NCBI RefSeq assembly: GCF_009914755.1
Contig: NC_060936.1
Length of the DNA stretch: 64,000 nucleotides
Direction: 5' to 3' (one strand)
Source of the DNA: the human T2T-CHM13v2.0 reference genome, Homo sapiens
In this document: positions 10,580-24,800 of the stretch, piece after piece
Numbering within the stretch: the first letter of the stretch is position 1
Layout: every line of letters starts with the position of its first letter
Notes under the pieces: generated by a model
The model's database searches: none
Told to the model about the DNA's origin: nothing
Seen by the model: the letters and a program-made list of their open reading frames with translations, nothing else
Position numbers and translations under genes: made by a program

Positions 10580-13446
10580 TTAAAATGTATTGTCTCTTCT
10601 GAGGGCAAGGAGCACTAGGCTTAAGTTGGATTTGGATGAGGGAGGTGTTTAGTGCGTTTCCCAGAGCCTGTGTGGCCCAAACCTCAGGATTTACTTGAGA
10701 CAACACCTCAGGTGGTAAATGTGACAGCTCATTCTTAACTTCTTTTTTCCCCTGAGGGGTCAGGAACAAAAGTAACACTTTCTCTGCTTTATGATCTGTG
10801 AAGGTGACCATGACTTGGTCTCCTGAGTCAATAAACCTCTCCCCAGTAAGAGGTCAGGCATTCAGAAAGTACTAAAAAGGCAGGTGAGAAACCCAGAGGC
10901 CCTGGAGGACAACTTAGAAGATAAGAAAGGCAGTGTTTTTGGGCTTGTCCATCATGAGAAGACAGGAGCCCTTGTATTGAATCAGAACAGTCATCTGCTC
11001 CCACACCTAATAAGAAGTTAATACTCCTACCTGCCACTTCAAGAGTCACCTGAGGCTCCTCCATCTCTGGATAGCTAATAGTCCAATGGGAGCGGAGGCA
11101 AGAAGTATCAGGCCCTACCACTTTGGGATCTGCTGGGCTCTGATGATGGCTCCCTTGGAAGCGCAGTGCATTTCCTTCCGCAGTGGCTGACCTTCTTAGA
11201 GAAGGCACATTGATTTATATCCAAGGCATAGTGGCCCAGAGGCACAGACTGGGGCTTTTACCTTTTCACTTCCTGTGTGAGGGCCAGGGGTTAAGGGGCT
11301 GCCTCTGAAGTGGTGGAGAGCACAAGGCTGCAGCTAGAAGCTGGGCCTCTTGTGAGATTTGCTTTATTTTATGTCTTCTCTGTCCTATTCCTGTGATGGA
11401 AAACTGCAAAAGCCAAGTCTAAAAGCTGATCCGTGGGAGTCTGGAAGCCTAAGACTGCTTTTGGCGGCTTCCTGCAGATATCAGAAGCAGCCTGGGCTAT
11501 AAAATAAACTAGCAATGCTGCAATGCCTGTCTCTTCTTGGAGTCAGGGGCAGTGTTAGTGTATTTCCTCAAGGTCTAAATTATCCACCCTTGTAATAAGG
11601 CTAGGATTTCATCTTTTCCCTGAGTAATTTTCCAGACTTTATAAAAATTAAAAAGCTTTATCACACTTTTTTTTATTCCTTCAAGGAGTCAAATAATCAT
11701 TATTTTTTCTCTATATATCCCACTTTCTTCCTAATTCATTTCTCTTTTCTAGATTCTAGTTGTCTTTTGGGTCCTTGTCAGGCACTGCTGTGCCTCCTAC
11801 TTGATAGGTGCCATGTACCTGGTTGCAGGCTGCCACCCTATTAGCTCTAGCCACTCCCATAATACACTGCTTTTCTACCATGCAGCAGGTAAACATAAAT
11901 ATATGCAAATCTTGCCTGCTTAAATTTGTCTATGAATTTTCCTAGAACCTCTGAAAACTATTTTAGTCTTTCCTTGCATATGGCTAATTCAGACATAGTA
12001 AAGGGTACATATACCTATAGAGTGTCCCTATTATCACCTGTCACTTCCCAGAGAGGGCAAAAATTCAACTTTGTCAGCTGATAAGAGGGCCCACTGCAGG
12101 TTGTTCTTGTGAAGCTCGGGTGTTTCGAGAGCGGGGTATGTATGTAAGACACGACTCGAAGGGCAGGGAGAAGATGATGACTGGACACTAGATAACCCTG
12201 GAATACTAGAAGGAATTAATAACATGTTGCACACCTCAACAGAACTGGAAGGAGTCTGACTGTGTTCTTATTGGGTGCTTGGACTGGCAGGGGAGAGTTC
12301 AGCCCCAGCTAAGAAAAGCCTAATATTAAGAGGCACTTGCATTAAAAGGGTAATCAATTATGAGCCATCCCTATTTTGTCTTTTCCTCCATCGAACATAT
12401 AGAAGCCCATTTTAATTTTTTATCCTGACCAAGCATTAGAGAAGCCTGTATATAATATATTTCCTCCCACTTAGTTTCTCTTCTGTAAAACTAATTAAGC
12501 TTCAAAAAAAGGAGTCAGACCAAACAGGGGAAATGAGAAGGCTGTAACTTGTGTATTGTAATGTATGAGTCCATTTTCGCACTGCCATGACAAAACTGAC
12601 AAAAATCTTTCAGGGAAAAAGTGACATGCTGGGTGGGTTTAGAAAGTAGGGTCCAGCTGCGCTACACCAGCTCATCAAAGATGACCTTATGGTTAAGAAA
12701 TGAGAGAAAACTGTTAAGAAAAAGTTTCATGTTCTCCATCTTGAGGCTAATCATTTGCAGAGGATTGTCATAAAAGAGGCTGTCACTAAACAGGCATATA
12801 TGAACTTATCATGTAGGGCTGTTAAATATCACATTCCAACTTCTAGTCATAATGATGGAGAGGTTATTGCTGATTTTTTCTGATAATTAAGGTACAAAAA
12901 TACTAGGTTCCAAGACATCTCTTTTTTTCAGTGTCACTTGGATCAGTGGCAAATTAAATAAGCAATCAGCTAAAAGTCAGAGGGTCATTGAGGAAAGTAA
13001 AAGCTAAACTGTTTGGGGCCTCTTTCCTGGGGCAGCCTATAGGCTACCACAAAACACAGGCAGTGAGCAGAAAGGTGACAAGATGCAGAGCACTCAGGTG
13101 AGGGACAGAGAGCACAAGGTGGACAGTCCAAAAAGAGAAAGTGGCAAACATCTTGTTTAGCCAAATCCATTCTTCTCAATATACCCCAGGGACTCTAACC
13201 TTGTAAGCTTGGCCTCTAATCTGAGTATGACACCCCCAACTCTCTAACTTTTTGGACTGAGTCTCTCACCTGAACATTATACCCTAGGGTCTCTCACTTA
13301 ACGTAATGGTGGATAATCATTCTTGCCCACCTGAATGGCTTCACGACTCTAAAAGATGGCCCACTTGCCAGCTGATTGATTCTGTGTGGAATGTTTTCCT
13401 TGGAGTAGGGGTCTTGTCTTGGTGTCCCTTCATGGTGTTGCTGAAA

Positions 13447-14011
13447 AATGTTGCTGGAAGAGCGTCCTGATACAGAGCACAAAGTAGGATTCTTAGATCA
13501 TGTGCAGGAAAAAATTTGAGGTGAGTCAGAGAGCACAGTGAAAGAAGCAAGTTTATTAGAAATGACTCCATTACAGAGTTGGACACCCTCAGAAAACAAG
13601 AGCAGGAATGTGTTGTCTTTTGTTAGTGTCTCTACTTATAAGTAACTATAAAGAGAAAGAATTCTAATTAAACTTGGAAGGTGCAGATGTACTCACTAAA
13701 GTCAGGGGCTATTGGTTTTAACAATGACCATTAACCTGTTGACCTAAGCTAGCTCATTTATATTATCTTTAAGAAAAAATGCTGCACTCCTAGGACATTT
13801 ACACATTTTTCAGGCTTGATGGAAGATGTCTTATATGGCCATAAATGTTCTGCAATTGTAATTTATGGCCAGCTAAAAAATGTGGCTATTTTCAGACCAT
13901 AAGTATTAACCTTCTAGATGCCTTGTGAGTACCTAGGTACTCATATTAACATTGAATATTCTAGTCATGTTTATTAAACTAGAAGCTTGGTAACCATGAG
14001 TTCCTCTAACA
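13447..14011 (-). mobile_element. 5' LTR of the ERV (MER4-group LTR)
   Basis: tgtt...aaca termini; tttatt poly(A) signal at ~13552; abuts the PBS; resembles the reverse complement of MER4/LTR8-type LTRs. Confidence 0.7.
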
Positions 14012-14234
14012 CAGCAAGTCTACTTCTCAAGGACAAAGTGTATTTCTCAGGAATTTTGTGCATTTTGTTTGTTGGAATTTGGTATGTTTACCAAAATGGC
14101 AGAAAAGGGTGAAATTAGTCCTCAAAGATTTCTCAGGATTGGATGTAAAGTAAACAAAGTGATTATAGTTAATATGCAAGTTGATACAGTTGATATTCAA
14201 AAGAAATTTTGTTTGAAACACAATGAGAGTTTAA

Positions 14235-14542
14235 TTAATTAATTATTATTATTACTATTTTGTGACAGAGTCTTTCTCTGTTGCCCTGGCTGGAGTGCAG
14301 TGCACCATCTTGGCTCACTGAAACCTCTGCCTCCCAGGTTCAATCGATTCTCCTGCCTCAGCCTCCCAAGTAGCTGCGATTACAGGCATGCATCACCACA
14401 CCCAGCTAATTTTTGTATCTTTAGAAGAGACGGGGTTTCACTCTGTTGGCCAGGTTGGTCTCAAACCCCTGACAAAAAGTGATCTGCCCACCTTGGCCTC
14501 CCAAATTGCTGGGATTACAGGCATGAGCCACCACTCCCAGCC
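14235..14542 (-). mobile_element. AluS
   Basis: Alu body with (TAT)n tail; TSD cacaatga(g)agttt. Confidence 0.95.
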
Positions 14543-14544
14543 AC

Positions 14545-15003
14545 AATGAAGTTTTTAAATAATTCTAACTGATTTCCTGCTGTTGAGCAGGGAGCTGAGC
14601 AAATTCAACAGATCATGGGCCTAAAGTAGAAGACTGAGGAGAAACTCTGGAACACATGTGATTAAATTAATTACAATTGAAATCAAATCAAATTTAATAA
14701 GGCTGTACCTCTTAGTTTCAAGATGTTTCCCATCATTTTGAAATGTGGTGTCATTCAGTGGAAAAGAAAAATAGTGTTTATGTCCAGAGTAAAGAAAGGG
14801 GTTCCCTGCAGGGATTGATTGACTGAGAGCTATGGCTCAGGATTAAAAATTCTTCTTTTTTCCACTTATAAACTAAAAATTAATCTCTAAGCCCCTACTG
14901 ACTAAATGGACCCCTCTTCTTGGATAAGGACATTTTAAAGTTAACCTGAAAACTAGTTCAAGCCATGGGTCACACATGCCTCATTATACTCTCGTCCTCT
15001 CTT
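14545..15003 (+). mobile_element. ERV1 internal 3' remnant plus start of a MER4A-like LTR (~14868-15003)
   Basis: 'taaactaaaaattaatctctaagcccc...aaatggacccctc...aaagttaacctgaaaactagttcaagccatg' matches the recalled MER4A LTR 5' end; interrupted by the L1. Confidence 0.55.
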
Positions 15004-15840
15004 TGGTTTTAATTTTAATTTTTAATTTATTTTTGTGGGTACATAGCCAGTGTATATATATATGGGGGTACATGGCATACTTTGATACAGGCATGCAATG
15101 AGTAATACATAATAAAAAATGGGGTATCCATCCCCTCAAGAATTTATAGCTTGTGTTATAAACAATCCAATTATACTCTTTTAGTTTTTATAAAATGTAA
15201 ATATTATTTTTGACTATAATCACCCTGTTGTGCTATCAAATACTGTCTTATTCATTCTTTCTAACAATTTTTTGCACACATTTAGCATCCCCACTATTCC
15301 CCTCTACCCCCACTGCCCTTCCCAGCCTCTGGTAACCACCTTTATACTCTCTATCTCTATGACACCAATTGTTTTGAATTTTAGCACCCACAAATAAGTG
15401 AGAACATGTGACATTTGTCTTTCTGTACCTGACTTATTTAACTTAACACAAAGACTTTCAGTTCCATTTATGTTATTGCAAATGACAGACTCTCATTCTT
15501 TCTTATAGCTGAATAGTACTCCATTGTGTATATGTACCACATTTTCTCTATCCAGTCATCTGTTTATGGAAATTTAGGTTTCTTCCAAATCTTGGCTATT
15601 TCTAGCATTTGTTTTTGACTGACTTCTGGATAAAAGCCACCTTAACTGGGGTGAAATGATATCTCATTTTGGGTTTGATTTGCATTTCTATGATGATCAG
15701 TAATGTGGAGCACCTTTTCATTTGCCTGTTTACCATTTGTCTGTCTTGTTTCCATAAATGTCTACTTAAATTTTTTGTCCACTCTTTAATTAGATTACTA
15801 CATTTTTTCTGTAGAATTTTTTGAACTCAATATATTGCAG

Positions 15841-16514
15841 TATATTAGTCTGTTTCTACACTGCTATAAAAAAACAGACACTGGGTTATTTATTTATCTA
15901 TTTATTTATTGAGATGAAGACTTGCTCTGTCGCCTAGGCTAGAGTGCAGTGGTATGATCTTGGCTCACCGCAACCTCTGCCTCCCGGGTTCAAGCAATTC
16001 TGTGCCTCAGCCTCCTGAGTAGCTGGGATTACATTACAGGCACCGCCCACCATGCCCAGCTAGTTTTTGTACTTTTAGTAGAGACAGGGTTTCACCATCT
16101 TGGCCAGGCTGGTCTTGAACTCCTGACCTTATGATCCACCTGCCTCGGCCTCCCAAAGTGCTGGGATTATAGGTGTGAGCCACTGCACCTGGTGAAAAAT
16201 TTGTAAGGAAATAGGTTTAATTGACTCATAGTTCCACATGGCTGGGGAGACCTCAGGAAACTTACAGTCACGGCAGGAGGGGAAGCAGGCACCTCTTATA
16301 TGACAGCAGGCGAGACAGCATGTATGTGAAGCAAAGGGGTAAGAGCCCCTTATAAAACCATCAGATCTCAGGAGAACTCACTAATTATCAGAAGAACAGC
16401 ATGGGGGAAACTACTTCCATGATCCAATCATCTTCTACCAGGTCTCTCCCTCAACATCTGGAGATTACAATTCAATATGAGATTCGGATGGGGACGCAAA
16501 GCCTAATCATATCA
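15841..16514 (-). mobile_element. THE1/MST solo LTR with an internal AluS (~15890-16192, minus strand)
   Basis: tatattagtc...cctaatcatatca termini; TSD tgcag/tgtag; Alu interrupts the LTR. Confidence 0.85.
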
Positions 16515-17588
16515 TGTAGCTATTAATTGCTTTTCAGATGGGTAATTTAAAAATATTTTCTCCCTTTCTGTGGATTTTCTCTTCACTTTGTTTATTGTTT
16601 CCTTCACTTTGAAAAAGCTTTCTGACTTGCTGTAACTCCATCTGTCCATGTTTGCTTTGGTTGTCTGTGCTTACGGGGCATTATTTAAGAATTTTTTTGC
16701 CCAAACCAATGCCCTAGAGAGTTTCTCCAATGTTTTCTTGTAGAAGTTTGATAGTATGAGGTGTTAGGTTTAAGTCTTTAATTCACTTTAATTTGATTTT
16801 TGTATGTGGCAAGAAATAGGGTTCTAGTTTCATTCTTCTGCCTATGGCTTGCCAGTTTTCCCAGCCCTATTTATTACAGAAACTGTCTTATTTTTTATTG
16901 TATGTTCTTGTTGAAAATAAGTTTAGTTTAGCTGTATGAGTTTGTTTTGTTGAAAATAAGTTTAGTTTAGCTGTATGAGTTTGTTTCTAAGTTTTCTATT
17001 TCATTCCATTTGTCTTTATGTCTGTTTTTATTCTAGTGTCATGCTGTTTTAATTACTATAGCTTGATAGTATAGCTTGATAGTATAATTACTATAGCTTG
17101 ATAGTATAATTTAAAACCAGGTAATGGGATTCCTCCAGTTTTATTTTACGTACTCAGCATAGCTTTGACTATTATGGTGTTTTGTGGTTCCATATATATT
17201 TCAGAATTTTTTTTCTATTTCTGTGAGGAATGTCATTGTTATTTTGATAGAGATGGCATGAAATGTATAGGTTGCTATGGATTGTATGGACATTTTTAAA
17301 AATACTGATTCTTCCAATCTGTGAACAAAGAAATATCTTTCCATTTTTTTGTGTGTCCTCTTTCATTTCTTTTATCAGTGTTTTACAGTTTTAATTGTTG
17401 AGAACTTTTATTTCTTTGGTAAATTCCCATACATTATGTTTTATTTGTGGCTATTGCAAATAGGAATATTTTTTAAATTCTCTTTCAGCTTGTTGACTGT
17501 TGGCATATAGAAATCCTACTGATTTTTATATGTTGATTTTGTATTCTGCAAATTTACTCGTTATTTCTTCTAATAGTTTTTTGGTGGA

Positions 17589-20500
17589 TATATTAGACCA
17601 TTCTCACATTGCTACAAAAATAATTGGTGACTGGTTAATTTATAAAGAAAACAGGTTTAATTAGCTCATGTTCTACAGGCTGTACGGAAAGCATAGCACT
17701 GGCTTCTGCTTCTGGGGAAGCCTCTGACAACTGACAATCAAGGTGAAAAATAAATCTGGTGCTTGCACATCACATGGTAAGTGTGAGGGCAGGGGAAAAA
17801 TGCTACACACACTTGTAGATGACCAGCTCTCCTGAAAACTTACTATTGTGGGAATGGCACCAAAGGAAATGATGCCAAACTATTCATGGAAATCCTGCCC
17901 TCATGATTCAATCACCTCCCCACTAGGCCCACTTCCAACATTGAGGATTACATTTCAATATAAGATTTTGGTGGGAACACATAACCAAACTATATCATTT
18001 TGCCACTGGCCATTCCAAATCTCATATCCTTCTCATATTTCAAAATACAATCATGACTTCTCAATAATCCCCAAAGTCTTAACTCATTTCAGCCTTAACT
18101 CAAAAGTCAAAAGTCTCACCTAAGACAAAGCTAGTTTCTTACTCCTATAAGCCTATAAAATAAAAAAAAAAGTTAGGTACTTCCAAGATAAAAATGGGAC
18201 ATAGGCATTGGGTAAATACTCCTATTCTAAAAGGAAGAAATCAGCTAAAAGGAAGGGTCCACAGCACCCATGCAAGTCTGAAACCCAGAATGGGAGTTAT
18301 TGAATTGTTAGGCTCCAAAATAATTATTTTTGACTCTATGTCCCATTTCCAGGGCACACTAATGTCTTGGGAAGTTTTGACCTTTTGGCTTTGCATGGTT
18401 CAGCCTGCACAGCTGCTCTCATGGGCTGGTATTGTGTGCCTCTGGCTGGTTTTGTGTTCCTCTGGCTTTTCCAGGTGCAAGGTGTAAGCTGCAGCTAGAT
18501 CTACCATTCTGGGGTCTGGAGGACAGTGATCCTCTCCTCACAGAATCCTCTCCTCACTAGGCCATGCCCCAGTGGGGGACCTACATGGGGACTGTAACCC
18601 CACATTTCTTCTCTGCATTGTTTCAGTAGAAGTTCTCAATGAGGGCTCCACCCCTGCAGCATGCTTCTGCCTGCACACTCTGGCTTTTTCATACATCCTT
18701 TGAAATAAACGTGGAGGCTCCCAAATCTCAACTCTTGCATTTTGTACACCCTCAGGCCTAACATCACATGAAAGCTACCAAGGCTTATGGCTTGCACCCT
18801 CTGAAGCAGTGACTATAGTTGTAACTGGGCCAATTTGCACTACACCTGGAGCTGGAGCAGTGACCAGGATGCAGGGAGCCATGTTCCAAGGCTACCCAAG
18901 GCAGCAGGTCCTGGGCCTGGTCCCAGAAACTATTCTTTTCTTTTAGGCCCCAGGGCCTGTGATGGGGGGCTGCCTCTTAGGTAGATAAAATGCTTTCAAT
19001 TCCTCTTTCCCATTGCCTTGGCCATCAACACTTGCTTTCTTTTTTTTTTTTTTAGGTTATACAAATATCTCTAATAAGTGGTTCTTCCACAGCCTGCTTG
19101 ATTTCCTCTCTTATAAAAGCTTTTTATTTTTCTGCCACTTGACTAGGCTGCAAAGTTTTCAAGATTTTACACTATGCTTCCCTTGTAAGTATAAGTTACA
19201 ACTTTTTTTTTTCTCCAACATCTGAGCATAGGTGGTTAGAAGCAGCCAGGCCACATCTTGAATGCTTTGCTGCTTAGACATTTTTCCAACAGAAACCCTA
19301 AATCATCACTTTCAAATTCAAACTTTTATATATCCCTAGGGCATGACAGAAATTCAGCCAACCAGTTTGCTAAGATGACATGCATGACCTTTGCTTTGGT
19401 CCTAATAAGTTTCTAATTTTCATCTGAGACCTCCTCAGCCCAGGCTTCACTGTCCAGATCACTATCAGCATTTTGGTCACAGCCATACAACCAGTCTCTA
19501 AGAAAATCTCAACTTTCTGTCATTTTTCTGTCTTCTTCTGGGTTCTACAAACTCTTCCAACCTCTGCCTGTTTACTCAATTACAAAGCTGATTCCACATT
19601 TTCAGTTATTCTTATAACAATTTTCCACTCCTTGGTGCGAATTTTCTGTATTAATCTATTTTTGCATCACTATAAATACCTGAGACTGTGTAATTTATCT
19701 TTTAAAAAGGAGGTTTAAGTGGCCCATGATTCTACAGGCTGTAGAGAAGATGTAGCACTGGTATACACTTCTGGGGAGGCCTCTGGGAGTTTACAGTCAT
19801 GGCAGAAGTTGAAGCAGAATCTTGCACATCACAGGGCAAAAAGCAAGAACAAAAAACAGAGAGGCACGTTGTTACACACTTTTAAATAACCAGATCTTAT
19901 GGGAACTCACTCACTATCATTGAAGGTGTGGCCTGCCCCTCCACACCTGTGGGTATTTCTAGTTGGGTGGGACAAGAGACTGAGAAAAGAAATAAGACAC
20001 AGAGACAAAGTATAGAGAAACAACAGTGGGCCCAGGGGACCAGCACTCAGGACACCAAGGACCTGCACTGGCACTGGCCTCTGAGTTCCCTCAGTTTTTA
20101 CTGATTATTGTTTTCATTATTTCAGCAAAAAGGAATGTAGTAGGAGAGCAGGGTGATAATAAGGAGAAGGTCAACAAAAAACATGTGAGCAAAAGAATTT
20201 ATATCATAATTAAGTTCAAGGGAAGGTACTATGCCTGGACATGCACGTAGGCCAGATTTATGCTTCTGTCCACCCAAACATCTCAGCGGAGTAAAGAATA
20301 ACAAGGCAGCATTACTGCAAACATGTCTCGCCTCCCACCACAGGGCAGCTTTTCTCCTATCTCAGAGGTGAACAAATGTACAATCGGGTTTTACACCGAG
20401 ACATTCAGTTCCCAGGGGCAAGCAGGAGACAATGGCCTTCCTTCATCTCAACTGCAAGAGGCTTTCCTCTTTTACTAATCCACCTCAGCACAGACCCCTT

Positions 20501-21102
20501 ACTGGTGTTGGGCTGGTGGACAGTCAGGTCTTTTTCATCCCATGAGGCCATATTTCAGACTATCATATGGGGAGAAACCTTGGACAATATCCCGCTTCCA
20601 AGGGCAGAGGTCCCTGCGGCTTTCCACAGTGCATTGTGCCCCTGGTTTATTGAGACTAGAGAATGGCAATGACTTTTACCAAGTATACTGCTTGTAAACA
20701 TTTTGTTAACAAGGCACATCCTGCACAGCCCTGGATCCCTTAAACCTTGATTTTATACAACACATGTTTTTGTGAACTCCAGGTTGGGTCAAAGTGGCTG
20801 GGGCAAAGTGGCTGGGTCAAAGCTACAAATTAACAACATCTCAGCAAAGCAATTGTTTAAAGTACAGGTCTTTTTCAAAATGGAGTCTCTTATGTCTTCC
20901 CTTTCTACATAGACACAGTGACAGTCTGATCTCTCTTTCTTTTCCCTACAATCATGAGGATAGTACCAAATGGGATGGTGCTAAGCCATTTATGAGTATT
21001 CCACCCCGTTGGTTATATCACCTTTCACCAGGCCCACCTCCAACATTGAGAATTACATTTAAATATGAAATGTGGGAGGGGACACACATTCAAACCCTAT
21101 CA
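17589..21102 (-). mobile_element. Full-length MST (MaLR) element: LTR 17589-17997, internal region ~17998-19646, LTR 19647-21102
   Basis: Two homologous MST LTRs flank a ~1.65-kb MaLR internal sequence; TSD gtgga/gggga within the L1. Confidence 0.88.
19921..20950 (-). mobile_element. Solo LTR5A (HERV-K HML-2) inserted in the MST LTR
   Basis: Reverse complement begins TGTAGGGAAAAGAAAGAGAGATCAGACTGTCACTGTGTCTATGTAGAAAGGGAAGACATAAG; 1,030 bp; TSD atcat (19916-19920 and 20951-20955). Confidence 0.92.
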
Positions 21103-21479
21103 GGGGAGTCTTTATGTTTTTTTTCAAATAGAAGATTGTATCATTGGCAAAAAAGATAATTTGACTTCTTTTCCAATTGGGATGGTTTTATTGCTTTCTC
21201 TTATCTGATTGCTCCAGATAGGACTTTCAGAATTATGTTGAATAACAGTGGTAAAAGTGGATATTCTTGTCATCTTCCAGATTTTAGAGAAAAGGATTTT
21301 AGTTTTTCCCCACTTAGTATGATACTAGCTATGGGTCTGCCATATATGACTTTTATTATGTTGAGGTATGTTCATTCCATACCCAGTTTTCAAAGGTTTT
21401 TATTATTAAAGAGTATTAAGTTTTATCAAATTTTTAGTATAATTGAAATGATTATATGGATTTTGTCCTTCATTCTGTT

Positions 21480-21832
<353 letters not shown>

Positions 21833-24800
21833 TGATTTGCATGTTGAACCATCCTTGCATCTCTGGGATAAATCCCACTTGGTCATTATGACTTACCTAT
21901 TTATGTGTTGTTTAATGCAGTTTGCTAGGATTTTTGCAAATTTTTGCATCAATATTCTCAGATATGGGCCCGTAGTTTGCTTTTTTAATGTGCCTTTGTC
22001 TGGTTTTGATATCAGTGTATTACTAGCCTCAAAGAATGAGTTTGGAAATTTTCTTTCCTTATCTATTTTTCAGTCTGGTCCTACAGACTTTTTATTATGG
22101 GTTTAGTTTTGTTACTTGTTATGGGTCTGTTAGGGTTTTGGATTTTTTCCTAGTTCAATCTTGGTAAGTTGTGTGTGTCAAAGAAGTAATTTCCTCTAGG
22201 TTTTCTAATTTGTTGGCATACGATTGCTCATAGTAGCCACTAATGATCCTTTGATTTTTTGAAGCGTTACTTGCATTGTCTCCATTTTCACCTCTGATTT
22301 TATTAATTTGTATCTTCTCTGTCTAAATATTTGTCAATTGTTTTACTTTTCAAAAAAATCAACTTTTTGTTTCATTGATCGTTGGCATTGTTGTCTTCAT
22401 TTTAACTTTATTTCTGCTCTAATCTCTATTATTTCTTTTCTTCTAATTTTGAGTTTGGTTTGGCCTTTTTATTCTAGTTAATTAAGGTGTATTGTTAGGT
22501 TATTTATTTGAGGCTTTTCTGTTTTTTATGTAGGCACTTACAGTTATAAATTTTCCTTTCATAATAGTAGCTCTTTTACTATATTCCATAGGTTTTACTA
22601 TGCTATGTTTTAATTATTATTTGTTTCAAGAAATTTTTCTATTTTCTTTTTAACTTTTTTATTGACATACTGATTATTCAGGAACATATTATTTAATGTC
22701 CAAGTGTTTGTATAGTTTCTGAAATTCATTGTTTAATTTGTTTCTAGTTTTATTCCATTGTGTTCAGAGAAAATGCTTGATATTACTTCAATGTTTTTTG
22801 AATGTTTTTAGACGTGTTACTTAACATATGGTCTATCCTTGAGAATAACCCATGTGCTGAGGAGAAGAATGTGTATTCTGCAACTGTCAGATGAAATTTG
22901 CTGTAAATATATATTAGGTTCATTTGTTCTATAGGGCAGATTAAGTCTGATGTTTCTTTGTTGATTTTCTGTCTGGAAGGTCTATAAAATGACTAAAGTG
23001 GGGTGTTGATGTGACCAGCCATTATTGTATTGAGGTCTCTTTCTTTAGCTCTTATAATATTTGCTTCATTTATCTAAGTGCTTTAATGTTGGGTGTGTAT
23101 ATGTTTCCAGTTATTATGTCCTCTTGATGAACTGATCTCTTTATTATTATAGAATGACCTTCTTAATCTCTTCCTACAATCTTTTGTTGAAATCTATTTT
23201 TGTCTGCTATAAGTATAGCTATTTCTGCTCTTTTTTGGTTTCTATTGGATAGAATAACTTTTTCCAGCCTTTTATTTTCAGTCTAAATGTATCTTTACAG
23301 GTAAAGTATATTTTATTTTTTTGGGTCACAAATTGTTGTCTTGCTCCTCTATCCGTTCATCCACTATTTGTCTTTTGATTGGAGTATTTAGTTCATTTAC
23401 ATTCAATGTTATTATTGATAAGCACTTACTCCTGCCATTTTGTTATTTGTTTTCTGATTGATTTTTGTCCTCTTATCCTTCTTTTCTTTCTTCCTGTCTT
23501 CCTTTTATTGAAGGTTATTTCTCTTATAATATAATCTAATTTCTTGCTTTTTACTTTATGTACATCTGTGGCATGCTTTTTGATTTGAAATTATCATAAG
23601 GCTTGAAAATAATGTAACACATCATTTTAAACTGTGGACAATTTAACACTGATTGCATAAATGAAGAAACAAGAAAAGCAACTGATAAAAACTCTACACT
23701 TTAATTTCATTGTCATTCTTTTAAACTTTTTATTGTTTCTCTCATTCCCTGTTTTGCTGTCTATGTCTTGGAAATATGTTGTAGTTTTTTTTATTGATTT
23801 ATTGTTTACTCTTTCTATTTGAGATTTTTGCACACCATAATTACCATGTTATAATATTCTGTGTTTTTCCGTGTGCTATGACTAGTGAGTTTTGTACCTT
23901 CAGATGATTTCTTATTGCTCACTCACTTTTTTTCTTTGAGATTAAGAACTCCCTTTAGCATTTCTTGTAGGACAGGTCTGGTGTTAATGAAATCCCTCAG
24001 TTTTTGTTCATCGGGGAAAGTTCTTATTTCTCCATCAAGTTTAAAGGACGTTTTTGCAAGATACATTATTCTAAAGTAAAAGTCTTTTTTTTTCTTCAGT
24101 TGTTTAAATATATCATGCCACTCTCTCAGCCTGTAAATTTTCCCCTGAAAAGTCTGCTGTCAAAGGTATTGGAGTTCCACTGAATTTTATTTGTTTCTCT
24201 TTTCTCACTGCTTTTAGAATCGTTTCTTTATCCTTAACCTTTGGGAGTTCAGTTAAGTACCTTGAAGTGGTCTTCTCTGGGTTAAATCTGCTTGATGTTC
24301 TGTAACTTTCTTGTACTCGAATGTTGATATTGAATGTTGGGGAATTGTTTAATATTATTTAACACTATTTCTTTAAATAAATGTTTAACTCTTACCTCTT
24401 TGTCTACCTCCTTTTTAAGGCCAATAACTCTTAGATTTGCTATTTTGAGGCTATTTTTTAAATTTTGTAGGCATGCCTTATATTTTATTCTTTTTTGTCT
24501 CCTCTGACTTTGTATTTTCAAATAATCTGACTTCAAGTTTACTAAATCTATCTTCTTCTTGATCAATGCTTTTAAGTAATTCTGATGCATTCTTCACTAT
24601 GACAATTGCATTTTAACCTCAAAATTTCTGGTTTATTCTTTTTATTTCAATCTCATTGTTAAATTTATCTGATAGAATTTTGAATTTTTTCTCTGTATTA
24701 TATTGCATTTCTTTGAATTACCTCAACCAGCTATTTTGGATATCCTGTATGAAAGGTCACATATCTCTGTTTTTCCAGGATTTGTCCCTGGTGCCTTATT

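Noticed and set aside
16905-17112. Short tandem duplications (~38 bp and ~15-33 bp) in the L1
   Set aside because: Ordinary slippage events in decayed L1 sequence
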